Shown here piece after piece: positions 10,538 through 23,525 of a stretch of DNA of 32,787 nucleotides. Below the pieces are notes generated by a model. That model was not told the DNA's origin. It ran no database searches and saw only the letters and a list, made by a program, of their open reading frames with translations. Source of the stretch: Diploschistes diacapsis (Eukaryota). The position numbers and the translations under genes are program-made. Position 1 is the first letter of the stretch, and every line of letters starts with the position of its first letter. The stretch spans positions 1 through 32,787 of the forward strand of contig JALAIB010000096.1 in assembly GCA_023645945.1 (NCBI GenBank). The letters run 5' to 3'.

Positions 10538-12629
10538 ATGTCTACAGCTCAGAGACGAAGAGGGAAGTCGCTTCATCTCGAGTTACCCGGCGGCTCTCCA
10601 GATGAGCGACCGCCAATTGTTGCGCTCTTCCTAATTCAATTCGATGTAAAAGCCGGGTAAGTTTGGCTACTTGGCTGTTTGCTCGACAACTTGGCTGACG
10701 GTTAGCCACATCTAGATATACCATAGCTTGGAAGCAATCGATAGCTGGTCGTAAGATGCCATTCGAAGTCTTCCTGCTCGATTCCAACCTAATCGTTTGC
10801 AGTCGAGTTGGCCGAGAGCGTCGAGTTCAAGTCTTTACCATCTGGGCTCCACAATGTCAAGGATGACCTCGTGTGAGTGTATCGTTGCAGCATACGCGAC
10901 ATTCGAGCTAATATAGGCTAGCTATTTCATACATGATGGGGGTCATGCTGGCATCAGTGCATTCATCAACAAAACCACAGACAAGTGGGAGCGAAATGCT
11001 CTCATGCTTGCTGTGGGTGCCCTTGTCCCGTTGGACCAGGGCCGATTAGGGAGAAGTTGGAAACATGCAGAAAATCTCAAAGGTTTAGCCAAGTGCGGGG
11101 ATTCACCTCATACATTGAAGCAGTACTGATTGTTGAAGGCAACTGGTTCAAGACCCGTCAAAGACGGCTCCGCTTGAGGAGTACTGGGCCAACAACCACT
11201 TTACTGACGAGACCTCCCCTTCCAGTTCGAGGCCAGGTTCCTCGCAAGCGTCGACCATTGACATTGGTCGGGGCCGGCGGCGAAAATCAATGGCCTCTGG
11301 GACGGGTATTTCATTCGGACTCTCTCCCTATCACCCTGCGCTTGCCTTACCATCCCTTGTCGACTCGCTTGGGCCCCTCATTTTCCCCCTGTACAAAAGT
11401 GCGTTGTTGCGAAAGAAGATACTACTTATGCATGAAGCACCGGTCGAGCTAGCATGTAAATTTGGTCAGTGCTAGAATGATTTGACTTTGTAGCTGGTAG
11501 GCTAACTCAATCTTCAGTGTACAATATTTCGATTTTGTCCAACATTCCCTCTTCCGTCGCGCATCTGATACCCCTCGAGCCCTTACCTAGCCGCTTACAG
11601 CCTCTCTTCTCCGTCGGTATTCACGACATCGATGATCTCTCGCGCAAGAACTACTCCAAAGATCCAACCGATGATCCCGAATACGGCTGGGTCGCCTGCT
11701 CAACTGACGATGTCCTTACCGTCAAAACCGACATATATGATATCCTCATCAACTTCCCGCCGTCCTACTCAAAGCAGGCCCGGGAGAAGACCTGGCCTCG
11801 CATGAAAAACGCAGCTAGCCAAGAGCTCAAAGCCAGTCAGCGGGACTTCCGCCGTTACCGCACCCTTCGCCGATCCATTCAGCGCCAATTTCCTAGCATC
11901 CGCAGCCCCTCGCCTTACAACAACCGCCGTCGCAACTCTAAGGACACCGCAGTCGACACGGTAGACGACGATAACGACACTGAGCAGGCAGCGCTCCTCG
12001 GACCCCTAGCAAACACCCACGAGACCTTCGACGACGCCTCTTCGACAACAGACGAGCAGCTCATCGAACCCCTCTCGTGGTCCGCACTGGCGTACAATTC
12101 CTTCATATGGTGGGCCTCGGCAGGCGAGAGGCGCGCGGGGCTCGAGGAGGAAGTCGAGCGCGACGCGGCCATGTTCCGGGACTTCAACAGCTCCTACGCC
12201 GACACACCGGAACGGCCCCGCTCAAGCGGCAACGTCATGACGACCAGCACCAACATAGCGGCTTCGGGACTTCTGACCGACGGATCGTCCGCCGCGCCGG
12301 AGATGGCGATTATCGCATACTTCCATCGATTGACGGCTACGATCTTGGGGACGTTGGCCCAGCTGGTGGAGCGCTCAGAGGAGAGCGGGGAAGGGTCGGA
12401 GGAAGCGCAGCAAGCAGACGACGTCGGTGGTGGCGATGGAGCCGAAGCAAAAGATGGCGTGAATCGGCCGCCGGTGTTCGTGGGGGGCGAAGACATGGTG
12501 CGCATGGGGCTCGACGTGTGGAGCGATGCGGACAAGAAGTTTGTCGAGGAGCTGCTGGATCTGTATTGGGGGCGCAAGGCGGACGTGCAGGGTGGACATA
12601 TCGAGTGCTGTGGTGTGCGAATATTGTAA
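10538..12629 (+). CDS. DENND11/LCHN (DUF2347)-family DENN-like protein, ANR2/Avl9-related
   Basis: Exons 10538-10656, 10716-10750, 10803-10872, 10922-11092, 11139-11464 and 11518-12629; all GT-AG with consistent phase. Spliced protein: PPIVALFLIQFDVKAGYTIAWK...VEFKSLPSGLHNVKDDLVYF...HPALALP...GPLIFPLYKSALLRKKIL...PLFSVGIHDI...SWSALAYNSFIWWASAGE...MGLDVWS. Confidence 0.85.
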
Positions 12630-12912
12630 GATATATCGAGAGGCTGCCGTGTCTTATTGGGAATACTGGCGTTGTTGGTATCCAGGGAGGAGATTTGGGC
12701 GTTCTGCACATTATTTCGCTTGGGGCGCTGGGAGGTTCTTTGATAGCTTACCCAATTGTTCAATGTACGAGAGCGCAATGCGGGTAGATCGGCGGTACGT
12801 CTGTAAACAACGTTCAATTAGATTGTAGTGTCTAGGGAGGTGGACAATAAACGGGTCAAGGGCATCCAAGCTCTCTCTATGTACATGCAAAACACAATAC
12901 AGCCCAGCCAAA

Positions 12913-15900
12913 TTAGCTATTGTACATGGCCATAGCATCGTGGAGACGCGAGCCTTCGTCCCCCTCGTTCTTCGCCAGTAGTTCGTGGAGCTCGGCGATC
13001 CGGGCGTCTCTTCGCTCCTGCTTCTGGGATCTCCTTCTCTTGACCCGAGGACCCTCGTTAGCTTCGTTGCTACAGGATGTCTCGTCTTCAGGAACGCCGC
13101 CTCCTAAACGCCGCTCTCTGTGTTCGTTCTGAAAGGGGCTCGAGATTGGGAAAGTCGCAGAATCCGCAGATCGGGGAGGGACCCCGGACCTCGATGCTGG
13201 GTCTTTTCCTGCCTCTTTACTCTGAAAGAGTGAACCTGTTCCGGTCTTTAAAGCATCCACTGGCTTTGATATCCCGTCTTCAGTCAGTGAGCCCAAACTC
13301 TGCTGTTTCCTATGTCTTCTGTGTCTATCCCTTTCCGCCTTCTTCGCTAGCTTCTGCTTTAAAGCCGCTTGCTTCTTCGCTGCTTGGACTTCGGGGTCGA
13401 CCATTGTTTGCTTTTGCTTTTCAGGAAGATCGTAGAGCTTGACAAACGCAGGAGTAAAGTTTTCCTGCAGTGCGATATCTTTAACCTTGATGCGCATCAA
13501 GTCGAAAGCCACAGCGACCTTCGTGTCAGTCGCAATCGTCGATAAGGAGCCTATCCTCCTAATCTGGCTTTCTGGCGGCCCGCCTTCTAGGCCGGATGCG
13601 TCTTCGGGTGCGTGATTGGTGTTTTCGGTGGTGTCGGCTTCTACTTGGGCCATTGAAGCTGGATCCTCTTTCCCTGTTGGATCTTCGAACTGCAACTCCC
13701 AATTATCAACCGCTTCCATTTTAGGTAATTTCTGATACCTTTGGCTAAAGTGCGTTAATAATATACGGCGAGCACCCATAGCATACCCGACACCAATAGC
13801 TTCGGACGTTGTGCAGTGGTTCTTAGCAAAAGCATCTCCCAAGAGTTCGTCGTCAAAAGTTGCCTCATGAATCAAGACGGTAGATCCTCTACCAATTTCT
13901 GCGAATCCTCTTGAGGGACGACAGTCGCCACTAAAGCTGAGCTTGAATCCTGTGGGGAAAGTCATTGAAACTGCTTTCGCATTGTAGCAATGGGTTACGT
14001 TGACGGCCGCAAGGTCCGAAAGGCCCGTCGCAGCTTGCATTGATTCATTCATCAAAGGGTTGGCCGTGTTAAAGCCCACCTGAACGCCATCCCACAGCAT
14101 CTTTGCAGCTTGCTCAGGAACAGCTCCGTAGGTTTCGATGGGGGCCAGCCTGTCGTAGCCAAAATCCTCAATCTGCGAGTATTCGCGCAGCCACTGGATC
14201 ATTGCCGGTTCTGAGAAAACAAAAAGCCGTTTCTGCTGCTTCATCACCTCAATTAGATCCTCCGACCGTGTTTGTCTTTCAAGGCCATAAATTTCGGCGT
14301 TCCCGTACATCTCTCGATACCATGCTTTAATCAGCGAAGTAATTCCAAGATGATGATCTCCGTGCATGTGACTTATCCAGATTACTTTGAGGTCGCGGAG
14401 AACTTCACGCAGTTCCTCAGATGAATAAATGCGTGACAATTGACCCAATGTGTTTTCGCCGCAGTCTAGGAGATACGATCCAAACCCCGGTACCCGTACA
14501 AGCGTACCAGAGACGTTCCGGTATTTAGAAGGCAGAGCTGAGCCTGTGCCCAGGGTAATTATCTCGGTGTCAGGACTAGGTAAGTCTTGATCGTCTGTAC
14601 CAGCCCGTTCTAAAGATACAACTTGAGATTTCGCAGCATCGGCCAGCGAAATGACATTTTTCGGCATCCTTTGAAGTACTTCCGCCGTATTAAGAATTTC
14701 TGGGAATGAAGGTGTCTTAATCTTGACCTCGGGCTCTAATTGGATTTCAATCCCGCGATGAGCTATCGTACAACTCGATAAGGCTTCTGGTAACGCCCTT
14801 GCACGGTTGTCATGTAAAGGAATGTCAAATCTCTCCGGATCTATCCTGTTATGACGTACTGCTGCTGCTGACGCAGAATCCATCGTGAGATAGTTTGCAC
14901 AGAAGTCGGGACTCGAGATGACATGTTTGCAGCTATCAAGCCCTTTTATGAATGCTTGAAGCCTCAAATCGTTCGCCACGCCTGGACCCAGATTCCACAC
15001 AACGGCTTCAACTCCCAACATCACTTCCTGAGTTTTCCATTCCTCTCGTGTGATGAGACCAGGGACATAATCAACCGAAGGAAGATCGATCATTGCGAAG
15101 CCTCCACCTGGCTTACCCTCACCAAGGACTTGCTCCGGTAATATGGTCTCGCCTTTATCGTTCCGGACGGGATCGCCTCGCGTTAATATACCGAATAGAT
15201 TACCCTCGGGAATACCAAGCGATTTAGCTTTCTTGGGGTCGAACCTTCCACGTTGTGGATGATTGCGTATAATATAGCTCATCGAAATCCTACTTGGAGT
15301 GGTCCTGGGGAGCTCGGCAACGAGTGCGCCGGGCCAGGGTTTCCTAACAAGTACAGTAATATCTGGTAGGGATTCATCACCGCCAGGTACGGGGCCAGAG
15401 TAGATCTCGATCTTATTGGTCTCGGGTTTGCGGACGAATATTGTTGCCGGCATCTTGACCTCAGCAAGCGGAGTCTCGAAAAGAGCATCAAGCCGCCAAT
15501 CCGAATTAAACATATCAGAGACAACACCTCTGAGTATCTGAGATTTCTGTTCTTCTGCAGTTATATCAGCGCTGCGCTGAACTGTTTCCTGGGCATTTCC
15601 AGGAACTTCTCCCTCGGAGTAACTACTGAAACTTCTCTTCAAGGGCGAAATTAGGCTCGCGTCTTTGTCTGTAAGTTCCTCTGGCCGCTGAGCAGGCAGT
15701 TCTGGATTTATAGGCATGGCCCAGACACGGACATTGTGGTCCATCCATGTAGGCTTCCAATCTTGTTCCGGGCTACTACCGTGGGTATACTCGTTGACTT
15801 CGGTCGGCAGACCTTTTCTGAAAATGAAACGCCTTGCTGTGGCCAGTGTCTGCAGAAGGTTAAGGCCTCCATGAATCGTCAATTTCGGCTGCTTGAATTC

Positions 15901-16266
15901 CGGCGAGACTATTTCGCATGTTTTCTCTTTTGTGTCGTCCTTCTGCGGGCTGGTTTGCTGGTTTAAAGCCCGTGGGTTGGTTTGGGACTGCCGGAGAGCT
16001 TCATTGGCAGTACGAACCACAACCTGCATAACATCTGCTAGGGTCAGTATCATTCCCATGACACCGCCAATGTTCTTCCATTCTGTAGTTCCTGTGAGAA
16101 GCAGATCTGTAAGTCGGCCCAGACGCGTGCCAGACTCTGTACATATTCGCTGCAGGCCCTCGTGCACATTGCCAATAAGATACCTCTTATCGTCAAAATG
16201 CAAAAGCAAACTAGTCCCGCTTGTGTCTACCGTAGGCGTAGTAAGGAAAGTAGCGTTTGCCTTCAT
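12913..16266 (-). CDS. TRZ1: Long-form tRNase Z (ELAC2 family), intronless; the reading frame stays open a further 116+ codons upstream without an ATG
   Basis: First in-frame ATG at 16266 (MKANATFLTTPTVDTSGTSLLLHFDDKRYLIGNVHEGLQR, a typical Trz1 N-terminus). Exosite GRFDPKKAKSLGIPEG, PxKxRN loop (GTGSALPSKYRNVS), LLDCGE, HxHxDH (SHMHGDHHLG), SGDCRP, HEATF, HCT, LTHFSQRY. Confidence 0.95.
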   Translation of the reverse strand: MKANATFLTTPTVDTSGTSLLLHFDDKRYLIGNVHEGLQRICTESGTRLGRLTDLLLTGTTEWKNIGGVMGMILTLADVMQVVVRTANEALRQSQTNPRALNQQTSPQKDDTKEKTCEIVSPEFKQPKLTIHGGLNLLQTLATARRFIFRKGLPTEVNEYTHGSSPEQDWKPTWMDHNVRVWAMPINPELPAQRPEELTDKDASLISPLKRSFSSYSEGEVPGNAQETVQRSADITAEEQKSQILRGVVSDMFNSDWRLDALFETPLAEVKMPATIFVRKPETNKIEIYSGPVPGGDESLPDITVLVRKPWPGALVAELPRTTPSRISMSYIIRNHPQRGRFDPKKAKSLGIPEGNLFGILTRGDPVRNDKGETILPEQVLGEGKPGGGFAMIDLPSVDYVPGLITREEWKTQEVMLGVEAVVWNLGPGVANDLRLQAFIKGLDSCKHVISSPDFCANYLTMDSASAAAVRHNRIDPERFDIPLHDNRARALPEALSSCTIAHRGIEIQLEPEVKIKTPSFPEILNTAEVLQRMPKNVISLADAAKSQVVSLERAGTDDQDLPSPDTEIITLGTGSALPSKYRNVSGTLVRVPGFGSYLLDCGENTLGQLSRIYSSEELREVLRDLKVIWISHMHGDHHLGITSLIKAWYREMYGNAEIYGLERQTRSEDLIEVMKQQKRLFVFSEPAMIQWLREYSQIEDFGYDRLAPIETYGAVPEQAAKMLWDGVQVGFNTANPLMNESMQAATGLSDLAAVNVTHCYNAKAVSMTFPTGFKLSFSGDCRPSRGFAEIGRGSTVLIHEATFDDELLGDAFAKNHCTTSEAIGVGYAMGARRILLTHFSQRYQKLPKMEAVDNWELQFEDPTGKEDPASMAQVEADTTENTNHAPEDASGLEGGPPESQIRRIGSLSTIATDTKVAVAFDLMRIKVKDIALQENFTPAFVKLYDLPEKQKQTMVDPEVQAAKKQAALKQKLAKKAERDRHRRHRKQQSLGSLTEDGISKPVDALKTGTGSLFQSKEAGKDPASRSGVPPRSADSATFPISSPFQNEHRERRLGGGVPEDETSCSNEANEGPRVKRRRSQKQERRDARIAELHELLAKNEGDEGSRLHDAMAMYNS

Positions 16267-16614
16267 AGTTCGATTGATTTGACGATTCTTGCCTCCTAGC
16301 CGAGACGCATGGGGTTGAAAGCGGTCTGTAGAAGCCTTGAAAACTATTTGGCATCGTTTGCCGAAGCGGAATGCGGGAGAAAGACAAATATTCAAAGCTT
16401 CCGCATCGTTTCCAGGAGACTGATACTCATTTGGGATTTTTGGCTCTTTCTGAAGTTCTAGAAAATTCTTGAACGTAAGGAGTCCGTTCAAGCGATGCGA
16501 TATAGAGAACCATCGAACTCTTGACCGTGATTGTACGCGAACAAGACGGGGCTTAGGAACCAGTATCGCGGTGCGCACTACCTGCTCAGCGAAATCGACA
16601 GTACACGGAGCCAA

Positions 16615-17135
16615 TATGGTGGAGTGCTCGGCGAAACCGAGTCTATCTGTTCCCCTAAGTACCTAGATAGGTATCTAAGGTGACTTGCAAATACTTTTGT
16701 TCGTTTAAGTCACATGCAGAATTGCATAGTGTTTACAAGGTTTATTTGCAGTTCATCATTAGGTAAAGTGGTCTGTTAGCGCTTATACAGACACCTACGT
16801 TTTGATTGGTTTTTCATCCGCTAACACGCGGAGGAATCAGAGAATCAGCTACTGAGTACTAAGTTTTCGACAGCACTGCAGGCAGCCTTAATCCCTAAAT
16901 CCGTCCCTTTGACCTCAAACCGGCATCACCAGTATCTAGACAGATACACGCAAGTTCAGGACACTATGTTCTGAAGCACTCGCGGCAGGAGCCTGTGTTA
17001 TTAGCATACCCGGATCTTTCCTAACCCTGCTATTTATCAAAGAATTGCAGCGGAGAGGGGCTGTGCTAAGGATTGTTTGCTTCATCTACTTGAACCTTTC
17101 AGTATCCAGCAGACGCTACTAGACAAGTTGACGGC
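16615..17135. promoter_or_regulatory. Divergent promoter shared by TRZ1 and PAP1, containing a CCAAT box
   Basis: Head-to-head genes. TGATTGG at 16803-16809 reads CCAATCA on the minus strand. The stretch is AT-richer than the flanking CDSs. Confidence 0.5.
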
Positions 17136-19354
<2,219 letters not shown>

Positions 19355-20193
19355 GATCCTGATCACTCTCAGGCTCTGGTTCGCGCAGCACTCAGCCTGA
19401 AGCTGATCCCAACGATATGAGATACTTGGGCCAAAACCATCAGGATTTCAACCGAGTGTAAGGCCCCGAAGCCACAATTATCGGCCCAAAATAGACAGCA
19501 TGAACAACGTATGACTGATAATCTAGGAACGAAGCCCGCGGCAGGCCTCAAGGTAATAATGGCTTGCTCATCCTGCCAGCCAAACGTTCGCAGTGACGCC
19601 ACCGGGAGAGCCACAACAAGAACCGCAGCAGAGAATATTAGGCGTGCAGAAAGCCACTAAGACAGTCAAATACTGAAATCTTGCTCGATTTGGAGCAATT
19701 GAGATGAGAAGATGAGCAGGGATATGGAGATAGCCATCCAGCCCATGCATCGGCGCGGATATAGTAGTTGCTGTATCTACATAGAAGTAGGTGAAATGAA
19801 AATTTGGGGTCCGAAGGACCTCCGTAAAGCTACTAAGCAATCTTGACAGAAAAGTATTCTACAGTATTCATTACGAAGGCTCGCCCAACATCCTTCGGTC
19901 AAAGCCAGTAAAAGAAGAATTGCGCAACGATATCATCGACTAGATACATGTATGGATACTTCGAGAAGAAGTGGTGTGGCGTTGGTTGATTCTAACAGTA
20001 AGCGGCATTCTAGGGTTAATCCCAGGTCTACGAAGTCTTTGATGCCTTGATTTCGCATCGTATATATATCCTACTCTTTTTCTTTTCGCTTTAGTAATGA
20101 CTTAGACAAGCTCAACAATCATATATTCCTTTCGATTCCCATAGCTGTGCTCTCTCTGCTTCCTGAGCCTTATCATCACCTTCGGCTTCCAAC

Positions 20194-22099
20194 ATGGACG
20201 TGCAGCTTTATGTCTATGACCTGTCAAGGGGCCTTGCTAGACAAATGTCCATGGCGTTTCTAGGTACTCAAATTGATGCTGTGTATCATACATCCCTCGT
20301 GTTTGGAGGCATAGAATATTTCTTTGGAGCTGGTATACAAACGAGCGTACCCGGTGGCACGCATCACGGACGGCCCATGGAGGTCGTTCCATTGGGAAAA
20401 ACCGAATTACCCATGGAGGTTATTTTGGAGTATCTTGAATCTCTGCGGGCTATATATACGATGGAGGTAGTTTTCCTCAGTCCCAACTTGGTTTTAGAGC
20501 GCTAGAGCTTACAGTGGATAGTCATACGATCTCTTCCTCCATAACTGCAATAACTTCTCTAATGATTTCGCAATGTTTTTGGTCGGCAATAGGATCCCAG
20601 ACCACATCACCTCCCTACCACGAAGAGTCTTAGATACTCCATTTGGCCAAATGCTAAAGCCTCAGCTTGACCAGGCCATGCGGGGGGTCACTCAAGCACC
20701 TGTGCCCTCAGCTTTGGCAGAGACTAACGGCATCGCGGCAAATACCTCCAGTGCCCACATAGTCAACACGACTGAAAGCATTCCAGCCAAGGGACGTGTA
20801 CAAGAAGTCGCAGAACTCCCCAGACTTCTTGATCTCTTGGAAAAGGCCAAGCACTCCTGTGCCGCCATTTTCTTCACGTCCTCTACCTGTGCCCCTTGTA
20901 AGATATGCTACCCCGTCTACGATGAACTAGCCGAGGAGTTTGAAGGCAAGGCCACGCTCGTCAAAGTCGACATAAACTTCGCCCGCGATATCGCCGCCCA
21001 ATATCGAGTGCGCACCACGCCAACATTCATGACCTTCTTAAATGGCTCCAAGTTAGAGGAGTGGGCCGGCGCCGACCCGTCAAAGCTACGAGGCAACATT
21101 AGACTCCTCGTCCAGATGGCTCACCCACCACATCTGCATTCGCAGCTTCACCTGCCCTCACTCCAGGGAGAACAGAATCCAATAAAGTATAGCAAAGGCC
21201 CACCCATCGAAAAGCTCCTCGCGAAGCTCGACCCCTCTCAATCGTCCCACACCACCATCCAATCCCTCAAGTACTTCATTGAAGCCCGCAACGCCTCTTC
21301 CACCGCAGCTTCAGCTCCAATACCTGACCTCTACTCCATCAGCGCCTTCATTCGCTCCTCCACCGCCTCTCCCTCAGCTTCTTTCCCTCCTTTCCCTTTG
21401 ATTGACCTCCTCCGCCTCTCCCTCGTTGACGCCCGCGTAAGCGGTTATTTCGTCGAAGAAAAGTCTGAAACGTCATTAATTTTCCACATACTCACCCAGG
21501 CCAGCTCTCTCCCCACGACAGACTACTTCTCCGCATCAACAACGACCCCGCCATACCCTTTCCTCCTAACAACCACCCAAGCGCTAGCAAATCTCTTCAC
21601 CACTCCCATAGCACCGCGCACACTTCTCGAGAAAGACGAGTTCCGCACGCCCCTGCTCGAGCTCATATCCAACATCCTCCCTGCCACCTCAGCCCAGAAG
21701 ACGTCCCAGGAGACCTCTCTTCGTGGCGCAGCCGCCAGCTTAGCCTTCAACGTTGCCGCAACGATACACAACCAGCGTTCAGAGTCAGAGCCAGGGTCCT
21801 CCTCGGGCGCAGCAGCCTCCAGCGAGATAATGGACGAGAGCGCGCAGGTCGAGCTCGTTGCTTCGCTGGCTGAATCTCTGGGGACAGAATGCCAGCGGAA
21901 GGACGAGGGCAAGAAAGTGAGTGCGGAGACGGCAAAGGTGCTGCTTCTGGCGGTGGGACTGCTGGCGTACAGGTGTCCGCCGGACGGGGAGGTTAGGGAT
22001 CTGTTGAGGGCGGTGGAGGCGCGCGCGAAAGTGGAGGGTTTGGAGGCCGTGGAGGGGTTGAGGCGGGTTGCGCAGGAGGTTAGGCAGGTCGTCGTGTAA
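20194..22099 (+). CDS. PPPDE (DeSI-type) deSUMOylase/deubiquitinase fused to thioredoxin and PUL-like domains
   Basis: Exons 20194-20466 and 20522-22099; intron 20467-20521. Motifs: [11 protein letters not shown], catalytic His in VYHTSLV, catalytic Cys in [12 protein letters not shown], thioredoxin-like [11 protein letters not shown]...VKVDI...YRVRTTPTF, and a helical C-terminus with [14 protein letters not shown] and [10 protein letters not shown]. Confidence 0.9.
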
Positions 22100-22510
22100 G
22101 TTGAAGGGTGTCGGGCTTGTGGGCTGTTGGGGAAGAGTGAGATGATTTGGTGGCGTTTTGGGAGGATTATTTGGGCTTTCGTTGGGCAAAGGGAAATATG
22201 CATAGGGGATCATCTGGGCTACGTGTATAGACAGAGGGAATGTTTGGGCGGAAGCGAAGGTTGTCCAAGATAGAAAGCTCGCATTCTTACTTGTAACCAG
22301 CATGATCAGTCTACATCCCTAGCTTCCATTTATCGGCCCTTCCGAGACAAAAACGCCGATTCCAACCTAACGCTCTACTAGTCAAGAGAAATAAAGAAAT
22401 AGAAGGAAACCATAAATGCAGCCCCATCGAAAACTTGGAGATGAACTTATCTCCATGCAAGCAAAACCCTCAAAGCCCCCACCGCCACCACCGCCTCTCC
22501 GCCTCATCCC

Positions 22511-23525
22511 TCACCCGAAAGTCTGGCTCCGACTTCTCCTAAGCGCCTCCTCCTCCTCCCTCCTCCTCTCCATCTCCTCCACCCGCTCGACCTCGCCCTC
22601 CCTCACCTTGGCCTCCTCGATCTTGCCCGAGATGAGGGCCTTCTCGCGCTCGTTCGCCTTGGCGACCGCGTCGTTGAAGCTCGCGTGCTCGCTGTGCCGC
22701 TTGTAGTAGTAGGACCCGTCCTTGGGCCGCAGCTCCGGCGAAATCTTGGCCAGGATCGTCGCCAGCATGCCGTCGATCGTGCCCTGTGCCGCGCCGTCGC
22801 GGTTCCAGATCGTGATCAAGTTGCTGTTGAAGCGGATACTGAGGGAGAGGCCGCAGAGGTCGTCTTCTGTTGGGGAGGGGGTCAGTGGGGTGGGTTGTGG
22901 TAAGGCATGGGTGGAGTAGCTCGAAGGGTGGGGTGTATGGGAAGGTTTTGGTCGGTATAGGAATGTGATGGGGATGGGGGAGGGACATACTCGGCTGGAT
23001 CACGTCCGCAAACTGCTCGCCGACGGCCAACAGCAAGAACTCCTTCCACGTCTGCTCGCTCTTGTCCTTGGGCACCCTGAATGTCCACGCACCGCCCTTC
23101 ACGTTCCGCGGGTCCTCCCAGATGGGCTTGACGCCCCGCTTGAAAAAGTGCACCGAGTCCTTCATCTTCAGCGCGGCCAGGGGAAAGCCGTTGTACGCTT
23201 CCCAGAAGGACTTGAGCGTGATGATATTCTCGAGGAGCACGGTCTGCCTGTTCTCGTACGAGGCGTCGTCGCTGTGCTTGTCATGGTAGAAGGTCCAGGC
23301 GTATTGGAAAGCTGGTGGCCGCATGCGGCGGAGCATGTTCATCTTTGCGGCATCGCGCTGGGGGGAGGCGGAGGAGCTGGCTGGTGGGCTGCTGTGGGCG
23401 GGGAAGGCGGAGGGAGAGGGTTTGGTGCTAGCGGTGGCTTGTTGAGGGTGGGCCACTTTGTCTTCTTCCACGGAAGGGAGACCATTTACTAGTAGTGATG
23501 GCCGTCGGACGGGTGCGGTAGCCAT
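22511..23525 (-). CDS. eIF4E-family cap-binding protein, non-canonical (class III-like)
   Basis: Exons 23525-22991 and 22866-22511; intron 22990-22867 (GTATGT...CTGAC...CAG). Motifs: YAWTFYHD, SFWEAYN, HFFKRGVKPIWEDPRNVKGGAW, WKEFLLLAVGEQF, K|DDLCGLSLSIRFNSNLITIWNRD, YYYKRH. Confidence 0.92.

Noticed and set aside
12077..12817. Overlapping 236-aa (+) and 207-aa (-) ORFs over the DENND11-like 3' exon
   Set aside because: Alternative-frame and antisense ORFs expected in GC-rich coding DNA; low-complexity translations.
22539..22990. 328-aa unspliced eIF4E ORF with a Gly/Arg-rich tail
   Set aside because: Arises from reading through a canonical 124-nt intron; splicing restores the conserved CGLSLSIR...IWN segment.
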